The position numbers and the translations under genes are program-made. The notes under the pieces were generated by a model. That model did not search any database. It was given only the letters and a program-made list of their open reading frames with translations, and was not told where the DNA came from. From the NCBI GenBank assembly GCA_937952925.1, contig CALFYA010000438.1, positions 1 to 43,512 of the forward strand: DNA of 43,512 nucleotides. The letters run 5' to 3'. Positions 11,547 to 20,459 of this stretch are shown here, piece by piece. Numbering within the stretch: position 1 is the stretch's first letter; each line of letters starts with the position of its first letter. Source of the stretch: an uncultured Moraxellaceae bacterium (lineage in GTDB: Bacteria > Pseudomonadota > Gammaproteobacteria > Pseudomonadales > Moraxellaceae).

Positions 11547-12764
11547 TTAGTGGGCAGCCCACTGAACGCTTGCCAAATCAATCCCGTCTTTGTACATATC
11601 CCAAAGCGGGGAGAGTTCACGCAGTTTTTCAACGGCAAAACGGGCATGTGCCAAGACTTGGTCAATGTCGTCTTCGGTGGTAAAACGACCCAAGCTAAAG
11701 CGAATCGAGCTGTGTGCCAACTCATCGGGCAGGCCAAGCGCACGCAGCACATACGATGGCTCAAGTGTCGCGGAGGTACAGGCCGAACCTGAGGACACGG
11801 CCACGTCTTTGAGCGACATCATCAACGATTCGCCTTCGATGAAGTTGAAGCTGACGTTCAGGGTGTTGGCGACATGATGCTGCTCATCACCGTTCAAATA
11901 CACTTCTTCAAGATCACGCAGGCCATTCCACAGACGGTCACGCAAAACTTTGAGACGTGCTTGTTCAGCCACCATCTCACGGCCAGCGAGTTCAAAGGCT
12001 TCACCCATACCCACCAATTGATGAGTCGCAAGGGTGCCCGAACGCATACCGCGCTCATGACCACCCCCATGCATTTGCGCCTTCAGGCGCACGCGTGGGC
12101 TACGACGCACAAACAGCGCACCCACCCCTTTGGGACCATAGCTCTTGTGGGCGGAGAAACTCATCAAATCGACTTTGAGGGTCGATAGATCGATGGCCAC
12201 TTTACCAGTGGCTTGAGCCGCATCCACATGGAAATAAATGCCGCGTGCACGAGTCATTTCACCAATCGCAGCCACATCAGTGACCGTGCCCAACTCGTTA
12301 TTGACCATCATCAACGATACCAAGATGGTATCGGGACGCAGTGCCGCTTCTACAACCGCCGGATTGATTAAGCCAGTGCGTGGCTCTGGATCCAGATAAG
12401 TGACCTCAAAGCCTTCATCTTCGAGCTGGCGGCAAGTGTCGAGCACGGCTTTGTGTTCGATTTTGCTGGTGACGATGTGCTTGCCTTTTTTGTGATAAAA
12501 GTGCGCAACACCTTTGATCGCCAAATTGTTGGATTCGGTAGCACCCGATGTCCACACAATTTCGCGTGGGTCAGCATGCACCAAATCAGCCACTTGTTGA
12601 CGGGCATGTTCGACCGCTTCTTCAGCTTGCCAGCCATAACCATGCGAACGCGACGCTGGGTTGCCAAACACGCCATCTAGCGTCATATGTTGCATCATCT
12701 TCTCGGCAACACGCGGATCTACAGGCGTGGTTGCAGCATAGTCTAGATAGATCGGACGCTTCAT
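11547..12764 (-). CDS. iscS: Cysteine desulfurase IscS
   Basis: A 405-aa ORF with [35 protein letters not shown] (PLP lysine) and SSGSACTS (active-site Cys). Confidence 0.98.
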   Translation of the reverse strand: MKRPIYLDYAATTPVDPRVAEKMMQHMTLDGVFGNPASRSHGYGWQAEEAVEHARQQVADLVHADPREIVWTSGATESNNLAIKGVAHFYHKKGKHIVTSKIEHKAVLDTCRQLEDEGFEVTYLDPEPRTGLINPAVVEAALRPDTILVSLMMVNNELGTVTDVAAIGEMTRARGIYFHVDAAQATGKVAIDLSTLKVDLMSFSAHKSYGPKGVGALFVRRSPRVRLKAQMHGGGHERGMRSGTLATHQLVGMGEAFELAGREMVAEQARLKVLRDRLWNGLRDLEEVYLNGDEQHHVANTLNVSFNFIEGESLMMSLKDVAVSSGSACTSATLEPSYVLRALGLPDELAHSSIRFSLGRFTTEDDIDQVLAHARFAVEKLRELSPLWDMYKDGIDLASVQWAAH

Positions 12765-13240
12765 GACGACACACTCGATACAGGTAAAAGGGACGCTTTG
12801 TCGCTTTGCGACTGTTGGCGTAAAACAACGGCTTGGACGTTTTGACGTTCGATCAACCCACCCAAGGTAATGCCCGCCAGATAATCTTCGATGCGTGCAG
12901 ACAACTCATGCCAGAGGTCATGGGTTAGACACATCGCACCATGATGGCAGTTGCCATTACCATCACAACGGGTGGCATCTACGGATTCATTGACGGCAGC
13001 AATAATCTCAAGCACGGCAATTTGATCAGCAGGTTTTGCCAACCGATAACCACCACCCGCACCGCGCACACTAGCAACTAAGCCATGCCGTTTGAGTTTG
13101 GCAAACAATTGCTCAAGATAAGCCACCGAGATTGACTGACGTCCTGCAATCTCAGACAACGTAATCGTTTGCTCTGGTGGTTGTAGAGCCAAATCAAGAA
13201 GGGCAGTGACCGCATAGCGACCGCGAGTCGTCAGGCGCAT
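12761..13240 (-). CDS. iscR: Fe-S cluster assembly transcriptional regulator IscR (Rrf2 family)
   Basis: [19 protein letters not shown]... is an Rrf2 wHTH. The three-Cys cluster region is [13 protein letters not shown]. It has a 4-nt ATGA overlap with iscS. Confidence 0.95.
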   Translation of the reverse strand: MRLTTRGRYAVTALLDLALQPPEQTITLSEIAGRQSISVAYLEQLFAKLKRHGLVASVRGAGGGYRLAKPADQIAVLEIIAAVNESVDATRCDGNGNCHHGAMCLTHDLWHELSARIEDYLAGITLGGLIERQNVQAVVLRQQSQSDKASLLPVSSVSS

Positions 13241-13283
13241 GGTGTTCTCGACGCTGTGGCGATGGAATATGTATAGTTTAGAG

Positions 13284-13308
13284 AATTCCGACTAATTTAG
13301 TCAAGATT
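13284..13308 (-). promoter_or_regulatory. Candidate type-1 IscR operator overlapping the iscR promoter
   Basis: The minus-strand sequence is cTTGACTAAATTAGTCGGaat. Its core GACT-AAATT-AGTC fits the remembered type-1 consensus ATASYYGACTRWWWYAGTCRRSTAT. TTGACT can serve as -35, with TAAACT 18 nt downstream as -10. The site lies about 45-70 nt upstream of the iscR ATG. Confidence 0.5.
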
Positions 13309-13371
13309 AAATGCTGGGCAAACATGAACCGTATAGGTTGTGTTTAATAAGAACTTAAAGCGGGCAGCATT

Positions 13372-14037
13372 CTACATCTGAATCAATAAAAAAGCGATGA
13401 TCAGAACCAACAAGACGCCCACAACGCTCACCCCCCAAAGGACACGTTGATAGCGATACTGCAGCTGACGGTACTGATAGGCATGCTCATGCAACTGGAG
13501 GTTTAAGTCTTCAATGGTTTTGTGTTGCTCGTCTACTTGCTTTTGCAAACGACGCATGCGCTTTACATTGTATTTGGGTTCTTTTTCGACAGGATCATGT
13601 TCATCATCTCCCCACACCCCACGCCACCAATTGCGCATAATGTGCTGAATGTTGAATAGATTCATCAAGGCTTGTAGCGATTGAACCAACTCGTCATCGC
13701 CTTCGACCCGAATTTTTTCGAGGATATGTGGAGGAGCGGTCATAAATGCACGAGTCAAATCGGGAATCGATGCAGTGACCACACCATCAATCATCCGACC
13801 TTCAGGCAAGGCAAAATCCAGCAACACGCCTTTACTGGTAAACGTGGCATAAAACGTATCGGCTGGAAAATAAGTACGAACCTCAATCAATGCTTCACGC
13901 TGAATCAGCGCACGCGCTTGCTGACGCGAGCTTCGATCGGTCTTGAGTAAAAACGTGAGCAGAGACTCGAGAACGATCAGCAGCACCGTTTGCACAGGAT
14001 GGCGATGGTCGTCATCACGCTGCTCTTGCTCACTCAT
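13372..14037 (-). CDS. Hypothetical protein with an N-terminal SCP2/UbiJ-like domain, a coiled-coil segment and a C-terminal TM anchor
   Basis: A 221-aa ORF. The N-terminal 130 aa (LLIVLESLLTFLL...REALIEVRTYFPADTFYATF...GVVTASIPDL...IRVEGDDELVQSLQALMNLF) follow the strand/helix pattern of E. coli UbiJ as I remember it. Residues about 150-195 are charged with heptad-like spacing. The last 22 aa (VSVVGVLLVLIIAFLLI) are hydrophobic. Confidence 0.6.
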   Translation of the reverse strand: MSEQEQRDDDHRHPVQTVLLIVLESLLTFLLKTDRSSRQQARALIQREALIEVRTYFPADTFYATFTSKGVLLDFALPEGRMIDGVVTASIPDLTRAFMTAPPHILEKIRVEGDDELVQSLQALMNLFNIQHIMRNWWRGVWGDDEHDPVEKEPKYNVKRMRRLQKQVDEQHKTIEDLNLQLHEHAYQYRQLQYRYQRVLWGVSVVGVLLVLIIAFLLIQM

Positions 14038-14282
14038 TCCACCACCACTCCCTGACTCGGTAGATCACTCACAGGACGCCAACCGCGTGCTGTGTGACTT
14101 GACCCTGACAAAATTTAAGCTTGATCTGCCATAGTGGATAAATTGTTTAGAAAGTCAAGAGCGTGTCAGACACTTTTTAAGTGAATCACCGATGTATTCC
14201 GTTAATATTGGCTGTTTTGCTCAAACTCCCTGTATGATAGCGGGAGTATTTTGCTGTGCTGGCCTTAAAAAGGATGACCCTC

Positions 14283-14732
14283 ATGACTGCTCCTGACCAA
14301 TTGCCCACCGAAGACACTCAGGAAACAGCTCCTCGTCGTGCATCCCGACGCAAAAGTGCCGTAGACTTTCGCAAATATACCCAACAAATCTGGCTCGCTG
14401 GCTTAGGCGCGTTTTCGCGTGCAGAAGAAGAGGGCGGTCGTCTGTTTGATTCACTGGTCAAAGTTGGTGAAGAGCTGGAGTCCAAAACCACCGATATCGC
14501 CGAAAACACCGTGGGTGCTGTCGAAGAAGTCCGTGAAAAAGTCAGCGAACGCGTGATTGATACCAAAGGCCGCGTCGAACGCGCCCTAGATGAAACCGTC
14601 TCCAAAATTGGTTTGGCCTCACATCGTGAAGTCATTCAGTTGACTGAGCTGATTGAGCGTTTAACGATTCGGGTTGAACAACTCACCGAAGAAGTCCGCG
14701 CATTACGTCGCGAACAAGAGTCGAACGATTAA
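14283..14732 (+). CDS. Phasin-like PHA/lipid granule-associated protein (TIGR01837-like)
   Basis: FRKYTQQIWLAGLGAFSRAEEEGGRLFDSLVKVGEELE is the characteristic N-terminal motif of this phasin family. The rest is helical and charged. I place the start at ATG 14283 (AGGA 8 nt upstream). The track ORF starts at GTG 14256. Confidence 0.8.
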   Translation: MTAPDQLPTEDTQETAPRRASRRKSAVDFRKYTQQIWLAGLGAFSRAEEEGGRLFDSLVKVGEELESKTTDIAENTVGAVEEVREKVSERVIDTKGRVERALDETVSKIGLASHREVIQLTELIERLTIRVEQLTEEVRALRREQESND

Positions 14733-14901
14733 CAGCCAAAATCTGCATTTTGTCGTTTAGTTCGACAAAAGATGGCTCAAACCCAGCATTTTCGGGCATT
14801 TGAGCCATACTCTGTGCTTGTGTTAGCTGCAAGCCGTTGTTATAAAGGCTCAACGCCTATAGACAGGCCACCATCTAGACAACACAGAGGATGCTTTTTC
14901 C

Positions 14902-15174
14902 ATGAATAAATCGGAACTGATTGACGCAATCGCCAGTAAGGGAGATCTGACTAAGGCGCAAGCGGGTCAAGCATTGGATGCACTGATCGCAGCAGTCAGT
15001 GAAAGCCTGAAAGACGGTGGCAATGTCACCTTGGTTGGCTTTGGCACATTTAGCGTCAAAGAGCGTCCAGCTCGTACAGGCCGCAACCCGAAAACTGGCG
15101 AAGCCATCGACATCGCAGCAAGCAAAATTCCAGCGTTCAAAGCTGGCAAAGGCTTGAAAGACGCGGTCAACTAA
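14902..15174 (+). CDS. hupB: DNA-binding protein HU (beta-like)
   Basis: [11 protein letters not shown]...[24 protein letters not shown] is canonical HU. It sits immediately upstream of ppiD, as in E. coli. Confidence 0.96.
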   Translation: MNKSELIDAIASKGDLTKAQAGQALDALIAAVSESLKDGGNVTLVGFGTFSVKERPARTGRNPKTGEAIDIAASKIPAFKAGKGLKDAVN

Positions 15175-15186
15175 TTGCTGACCAGC

Positions 15187-15214
15187 AAAAGCGCGCCGAT
15201 TGGCGCGTTTTTTG
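15187..15214 (+). terminator. Rho-independent terminator after hupB
   Basis: aaaaGCGCGCC gatt GGCGCGtttttt, a GC stem flanked by an A-run and a T-run. Confidence 0.8.
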
Positions 15215-15309
15215 TTTAAAACTCTGAAGAATTGCACAATGTTGCAAGATCGCACTTTTAAATTTGACGTGAGTCAGTAGACTGTAGCGCGTCGAGAAAA
15301 CCCCTCAGG

Positions 15310-17223
15310 ATGACTATGGAAGCGTTTCGCACCCTCATCAAAGGCTGGTTGGGCAAAGTCCTGCTGGCTATTTTTTTAGTTCCTTTTGCGCTCGTTGGGA
15401 TCGAAGGTTATTTTTCTGGGGGGAACTCAGTCAACGAAGTTGCCCATGTCGGTGACCAAATTGTGTACAAGAGTCAGTTTGATCAAACCGTGTCACGTCA
15501 GCGTGACGAGTTGCTCAAACAGGTCAACAACCAAACCGATAAAATTGATGAAAACAGCCTGCGTGATCTGGTGTTAAACCAATTGGTTAATCAAGCCTTG
15601 CTGCAACATCAAGCCAAAACGCTCGGCTTTTCGATTGGCGATGCTCAAATTATTGAATTGATTCACAAAGAGCCGTCATTTCAAGAAAATGGTAAGTTTT
15701 CTGAGAAGCTGTTTCAGGATTATCTGCAACGTAGTGGGCAAGACAGCAAAACACTGATTGCAGACATTCACCGTCAATATGCCTTACAGCTGTTTGCAGG
15801 TGGCCTGCAAAACACCGGATTTACCGTGCCGAGCGAACTCAATCGCATCATGGCCATCCAAAAAGAACAGCGTCATTTGCATTTGGCAAATCTGCCGCTC
15901 GCCAATTACATGGCCAAAGTGCAAGTCACCGATGATCAAATTGCCAAATACTACAACAGCAACAAAGCCAAGTTTAAAACATCAGAAAGCGTTGACCTTG
16001 AATATGTGGTACTCGATGCAACACCATTTCTGAGCAAAATCCAGATCACTGATGCCGATCTGCAAGCGCCTTATCAAGCGTTGGTCAAAGCATCCCAAGC
16101 CAATAATGAGCGCCAAGCCCAGCATATTTTGATTAATGTGGACGACAAAACCAAAGACGCTGATGCCAAAAAGAAAGCAGATGAGTTGTACGCCCGCATC
16201 CAAAAAGGTGAGGATTTTGCTGCATTGGCCAAGCGGTTTTCACAAGATGCTGGCTCTGCTGTAGCCGGTGGTGATCTGGGTTTTGCAGCAAAAGGCACTT
16301 ATGTTGCTGAGTTTGAAGCAACTTTGGATAAACTAAAACCCAATGAAGTGTCACAGCCGGTCAAAACTCAATATGGCTATCACATCATCAAACTGCTGGC
16401 CGTGCGTCAAACAGCCGCACCGACCTTTGACAGTGTGAAAGCACAGCTCACTGCGGAAGCCACCAAAACAAAACTCGATAGCCTGTACAACGATGCAGTC
16501 AATCAGCTCAACGAATTGGCGGTAGAAAGCAGTAGTTTGGTTGAATTGGCAAAAGCCTATCAACTCATGATACAAAAATCGCCTGTATTTGGTCGTGCTG
16601 GTGGAGCGGGGGATTTGTCTGCACCTGAAGTGGTCAGTACTGCATTTAGCGATGAGGCCTTGATTGACCAACGGATTTCGAGTGGGCTGAGTGTGGGTGA
16701 GAATCGCACCTTGTGGCTGCAATCGAAAAACCACAAACCGATGCGCGAACAAAGTCTGGCAGAAGCCAAATTGCAAGCCAAGGCGGCGCTGTTGCAACAA
16801 GAAGCGGTCAAGTTAGCCAAGCAAGATGCCGACCGGATTGCCGCTGCACTCAACAAAGGGACAGCACCGGATGCGGTACAAGCAGAATTTAAGGTCATGT
16901 TTATGGATGTGGGTGTGCTGGGTCGCATGACTGGCTTGCCAGATCCAAGCTTGCAAATTGCAGCATTTGGCTTGCCACAACCCGCTGCCAATCAATGGCG
17001 CGCCAAAACGGTTGAAGGAAAGTCAGCAGACTCTGTTTCTGTCGTGGCGATCAGCGAAATCATCAAATCCACTGAGGAGATGCCCGCTGAACAACGCGAG
17101 CAAGCCCAAAAAAGTCTAGCAGGGCTGACCGGTCAGCAAGAGTTGCTCGATTATATTGAGTACCTCAAAGCCAATACCAAGATCAAGAAGCAAGACGTCA
17201 AGTCGGCAGACCCAGCGTCTTAA
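15310..17223 (+). CDS. ppiD: Periplasmic chaperone / peptidyl-prolyl isomerase PpiD
   Basis: A 637-aa ORF with an N-terminal TM anchor (VLLAIFLVPFALVGI) and a central parvulin domain (HILINVDD...GGDLGF...GYHIIKL). It shows hupB-ppiD synteny. The start may be ATG 15316 (AGGA 6 nt upstream) rather than 15310. Confidence 0.93.
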   Translation: MTMEAFRTLIKGWLGKVLLAIFLVPFALVGIEGYFSGGNSVNEVAHVGDQIVYKSQFDQTVSRQRDELLKQVNNQTDKIDENSLRDLVLNQLVNQALLQHQAKTLGFSIGDAQIIELIHKEPSFQENGKFSEKLFQDYLQRSGQDSKTLIADIHRQYALQLFAGGLQNTGFTVPSELNRIMAIQKEQRHLHLANLPLANYMAKVQVTDDQIAKYYNSNKAKFKTSESVDLEYVVLDATPFLSKIQITDADLQAPYQALVKASQANNERQAQHILINVDDKTKDADAKKKADELYARIQKGEDFAALAKRFSQDAGSAVAGGDLGFAAKGTYVAEFEATLDKLKPNEVSQPVKTQYGYHIIKLLAVRQTAAPTFDSVKAQLTAEATKTKLDSLYNDAVNQLNELAVESSSLVELAKAYQLMIQKSPVFGRAGGAGDLSAPEVVSTAFSDEALIDQRISSGLSVGENRTLWLQSKNHKPMREQSLAEAKLQAKAALLQQEAVKLAKQDADRIAAALNKGTAPDAVQAEFKVMFMDVGVLGRMTGLPDPSLQIAAFGLPQPAANQWRAKTVEGKSADSVSVVAISEIIKSTEEMPAEQREQAQKSLAGLTGQQELLDYIEYLKANTKIKKQDVKSADPAS

Positions 17224-17236
17224 TGTGAAGTGAGAG

Positions 17237-17263
17237 TACCCACCAACACGGTGGGTATTTTTT
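17237..17263 (+). terminator. Rho-independent terminator after ppiD
   Basis: TACCCACC (17237-17244), loop aacac, GGTGGGTA (17250-17257), then TTTTTT. Confidence 0.88.
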
Positions 17264-17279
17264 CAGATCCTTTATTTAA

Positions 17280-17295
17280 CATAATGTACATTATG
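17280..17295. repeat. 16-bp perfect palindrome CATAATGTACATTATG
   Basis: The sequence is self-complementary over all 16 nt. It lies between the ppiD terminator and the GTG (17304) of the truncated AAA+ ORF, exactly where that reading frame opens. Confidence 0.9.
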
Positions 17296-17303
17296 CGACT
17301 CAA

Positions 17304-17963
17304 GTGATTTCAGTTTTTCAGACCAATTTTGAATATTTATTGGGTCGCTTTACCGAACCTGCGGAGCTGTTTGGCCCTGTTGATTTACGCAAATTACGCG
17401 AAGGCACGGTTGAGACCGATTCGACAGGCATGTTGCCCGAAGCTAATATTGCGTTTTTGGATGAGGTGTTTTTAGGCTCTACAGCCATCTTGAATACCTT
17501 ACTGGGGATTTTAAATGAACGACGCTTTCGGCGTGGTCATACCAATCTGCTGTGTCCACTAAAAGTGTGCGTCGGCGCTGCAAACGCCTTACCCGAAGAT
17601 GAGTCTTTACAGGCATTTGGTGACCGATTTTTGCTGCATACGTTTGTAGAGCCGGTAGCTGATCATCACCTTGAAGACATGCTCACTGGGGATTGGCAAT
17701 TGGAAACGCATCCGTTGACACCACAACTGCCGATTTCAACCCTTGATGTCTTAAGTCAGGCAGCCAAACAAGTAGATCTGCGGGCAGCTCAAGTGGTCTT
17801 GGCACAAGCGGTTCGGCTGCTCCGTCAACATCAGTTGCACCTGTCTGATCGTCGTATCGTGCGTACCCAACGCCTGATTGCGGCAGCAACGGTACTCTCT
17901 GGCCGAGTATTGGCACAATACCGCTATCCAACAGCGCTATATGCTGCATCAAGTGTTACTTGA
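17304..17963 (+). pseudogene. 5'-truncated RavA/MoxR-like AAA+ ATPase (no Walker A region), probably a gene remnant
   Basis: A 219-codon ORF. Its frame opens only at 17280, 57 nt after the ppiD stop. It is collinear with E. coli RavA (from memory) from about residue 58: FEYLLGRFTEPAELFGP vs FEYLMTRFSTPEEVFGP, Walker B IAFLDEVF, LNTLLGILNERRF, sensor-1 VGAAN, GDRFLL, sensor-2 LSDRR. There is no coding space for the first 55-60 residues, including the GPPGxxKS P-loop. No SD is obvious. Confidence 0.7.
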
Positions 17964-19107
17964 ATTATATGACGCCTCACAGCAGACCAGTCGCACCATC
18001 ATCCAACAGATTATTCGTCAGTTGTTGCCTTACATATTGACCGATCAGGCACGCCAACAACAGATCTATGAACGATCCGTGATCAAACGGTTGATCAGCT
18101 TAAGTCAGGATGAATTGTTTGCGATTGGTCTGCCCATGCCTGTGCCTACTGAGTCCACTCCCGCTCCAACAAGCCACACGCAAGCCACATTTCACGCGCC
18201 CGTTGCCGGACTCTATGCGATTTTTGATGCCGTACCTGTAGAGCATCAACATTATCTGATTGCACATGGAGAACTCGGAGTCTCCCTCGTCAATCCATAT
18301 GGCAAAGTCAAACGCCGTCTGATGATCCCCGCACAACATATTGTGTCGTCCAGACATGGACAAGTGCTTTTATTGCTGGCCAAGCGCGACGAGTATTTTC
18401 GGGTCACTCGCCTCGATTTGGTGACTCTTCAACAGCAGGATCTTGGATTGATTGCATTACAACAATGGAGTCCGCAGTTTGATGGGATTGCATGGAGTGT
18501 GATTAGTCAGCAGCGAGTCTTGGTGCTGGATACCAGTCAGCCAGTTCAACATGTGTTGTGGCATATTTCTGATGAAGGCGCATTATCACAACTGTGTGAA
18601 AGTGAAAATAATCAAAGTTTTATGGTGCACCAACAATTATACGGCAAGGCATGGATAGAGATTTGGCACTATAGCCTGCCCACCCGCAAACTCCTGACCA
18701 GACAGCAGCCCCAACTGCCCGAACAAGATCAATGTTGGATTCAACCGAATGGCAACTACTTGACCATCCCCGATCAAGATCACTCATCTACAGCTCATGT
18801 GCTGTTGTACAACATGAACAAAAAAAATTATACCATCGCCAAACCAGACGAGTGCGATCAGCCGTTTACCTTACAGACCAACGTGCTAACCGACTGGATC
18901 GTGTTGATCATGACGACACCCACTCAGCACGTCATCTTGGTGCACAGAATTGGCCATCAAAACTCACAAATCCACATCCAATGGCCGCTGGCTGAAGGTC
19001 TACGCTACCATCTCTACGCACAGCAACTGATATTGTTTGACCTAGAGGGACGCTGCCTGTTTGTCGATCTCAACACGCAGCACACCCAAGATATTCGCCT
19101 GCACTAG
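17878..19107 (+). CDS. Uncharacterised 409-codon ORF, helical and Q-rich at the N-terminus and beta-rich and repeat-like at the C-terminus. It may be the frameshifted continuation of the AAA+ gene.
   Basis: The ORF is long and has no alternative coding on the opposite strand. Its frame opens right after an in-frame TGA at 17875-17877. It overlaps the ATPase ORF by 86 nt in the +1 frame. Neither TTG 17878 nor ATG 17941 has an SD. From about residue 110 the sequence shows alternating hydrophobic strand-like segments (HYLIAHGELGVSLV, VLLLLAKRDEYFRVTRL, IAWSVISQQRVLVL, AWIEIWHY, AHVLLYNM, WIVLIMTT, HVILVHRI, LILFDLEGRCLFVDL). Confidence 0.5.
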   Translation: MRQQRYSLAEYWHNTAIQQRYMLHQVLLELYDASQQTSRTIIQQIIRQLLPYILTDQARQQQIYERSVIKRLISLSQDELFAIGLPMPVPTESTPAPTSHTQATFHAPVAGLYAIFDAVPVEHQHYLIAHGELGVSLVNPYGKVKRRLMIPAQHIVSSRHGQVLLLLAKRDEYFRVTRLDLVTLQQQDLGLIALQQWSPQFDGIAWSVISQQRVLVLDTSQPVQHVLWHISDEGALSQLCESENNQSFMVHQQLYGKAWIEIWHYSLPTRKLLTRQQPQLPEQDQCWIQPNGNYLTIPDQDHSSTAHVLLYNMNKKNYTIAKPDECDQPFTLQTNVLTDWIVLIMTTPTQHVILVHRIGHQNSQIHIQWPLAEGLRYHLYAQQLILFDLEGRCLFVDLNTQHTQDIRLH

Positions 19108-19177
19108 CATTTGCGCAAGTCGGTTTTTTTTTCTAGACTGCGCAACGATATGATGTACTAATGGGGTGGACTCAATC

Positions 19178-19705
19178 ATGGTAAAAAATGCGCTACAAGC
19201 TCAATTGCTCAAAGCGGGCTTGGTTGATCAAAAAAAAGTGAAAAAAGTCAATCAACAGCAACAACATGCCAAAAAAACTGGCCAGACTGATGAGAGTGTC
19301 AAGCAGGCATTAGCGCAAGCCCAAGCCGAAAAACTTGCCCGCGATCAAGAACTGAATCAACAGCGTCAACAAGAACTGGAGCGCAAAACTTTTGAAGCCA
19401 ATATTCGTCAAATGATTGGCCAACACCAAATCACCCAAACGGACGGTGATGTAGCGTATCAGTTTGTTGATGGCAAAATTAAAAAAATCTACATCACCCA
19501 AAAACTGTTTGACCAAATTGTTGATGGACACGTCTGGATCGCCCGAAATAACGACCGCTACGCACTGCTGCCCAAACCTTTGGCGCAAAAAATTTATGAT
19601 CGCATGCCAGACGTGATTGTGGTTAAAAACGAAAAGTCTGCACAAACGATTGATGAGGATGATCCGTATGCAGCGTATGTGATTCCAGATGATTTGATGT
19701 GGTAA
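19178..19705 (+). CDS. DUF2058 (YaiL-like) protein
   Basis: The N-terminus LQAQLLKAGLVDQKKVKK and the C-terminus DEDDPYAAYVIPDDLMW match the YaiL/DUF2058 family as I remember it. I prefer ATG 19178 over the GTG at 19166. Confidence 0.85.
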   Translation: MVKNALQAQLLKAGLVDQKKVKKVNQQQQHAKKTGQTDESVKQALAQAQAEKLARDQELNQQRQQELERKTFEANIRQMIGQHQITQTDGDVAYQFVDGKIKKIYITQKLFDQIVDGHVWIARNNDRYALLPKPLAQKIYDRMPDVIVVKNEKSAQTIDEDDPYAAYVIPDDLMW

Positions 19706-19706
19706 A

Positions 19707-19734
19707 ATAAAAAAGCGCCCATCGGCGCTTTTTT
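19707..19734. terminator. Bidirectional terminator between the DUF2058 gene and pyrF
   Basis: aaaaaaaaGCGCC catc GGCGCtttttt, with symmetric A and T runs. Confidence 0.8.
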
Positions 19735-19751
19735 CTGACAACCGACCTGCC

Positions 19752-20441
19752 CTAAGCTTCAGCCATTTGACGCTGAATTTCGGCCAGCATTGCTTTGGGT
19801 GATGCAGCTTGGGTAATCGGGCGACCAATCACCAAATGCGTTGAACCAAGTTGCATGGCATCTTTGGGGGTCACGATACGCTTTTGATCATCGGCATTGC
19901 TACCAGCTGGCCGGATACCCGGTGTGACCAAGACAAAATCGCTGCCACGTTCTTGGCGCAACTGCGCGGCTTCTTGTGCGGAACATACTACCCCATCCAA
20001 TCCGCTCTCTGCAGCAAGCTTGGCCAAACGGCTCACATGCTCAGCAGGACTGATGGTAATGCCGACTTCAGCAAGATCTTGTGCCGACATTGAGGTCAGC
20101 ACCGTGACCCCAATCAACTGGGTACGATAACCACCGTCTTTCAACCGTTGTGCTGCGGTTTGCATCATGGTACGACCACCACTGGCATGCACATTCACCA
20201 TCCACACGCCCATATCTGCTGCGGCCAGCACGGCTTGTGCGGTGGTATTGGGAATATCGTGGAATTTGAGATCCAAAAACACCTCAAATCCCCGCCGTTG
20301 TAGCGTATCCACAACCGGCACGCCAACACAGGTAAATAATTCTTTACCCACTTTGACACGGCATAATGCAGGATCAAGCTGATCAGCAATAAAAAGCGCA
20401 TCGTCTAGGCGATGCGCATCGAGTGCAACAATAATGCTCAA
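19752..20441 (-). CDS. pyrF: Orotidine 5'-phosphate decarboxylase
   Basis: A 229-aa ORF with IVALD..., [12 protein letters not shown] and LVIGRPIT motifs. Confidence 0.96.
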   Translation of the reverse strand: MSIIVALDAHRLDDALFIADQLDPALCRVKVGKELFTCVGVPVVDTLQRRGFEVFLDLKFHDIPNTTAQAVLAAADMGVWMVNVHASGGRTMMQTAAQRLKDGGYRTQLIGVTVLTSMSAQDLAEVGITISPAEHVSRLAKLAAESGLDGVVCSAQEAAQLRQERGSDFVLVTPGIRPAGSNADDQKRIVTPKDAMQLGSTHLVIGRPITQAASPKAMLAEIQRQMAEA

Positions 20442-20459
20442 AAGAGACTCCGTCCCATA

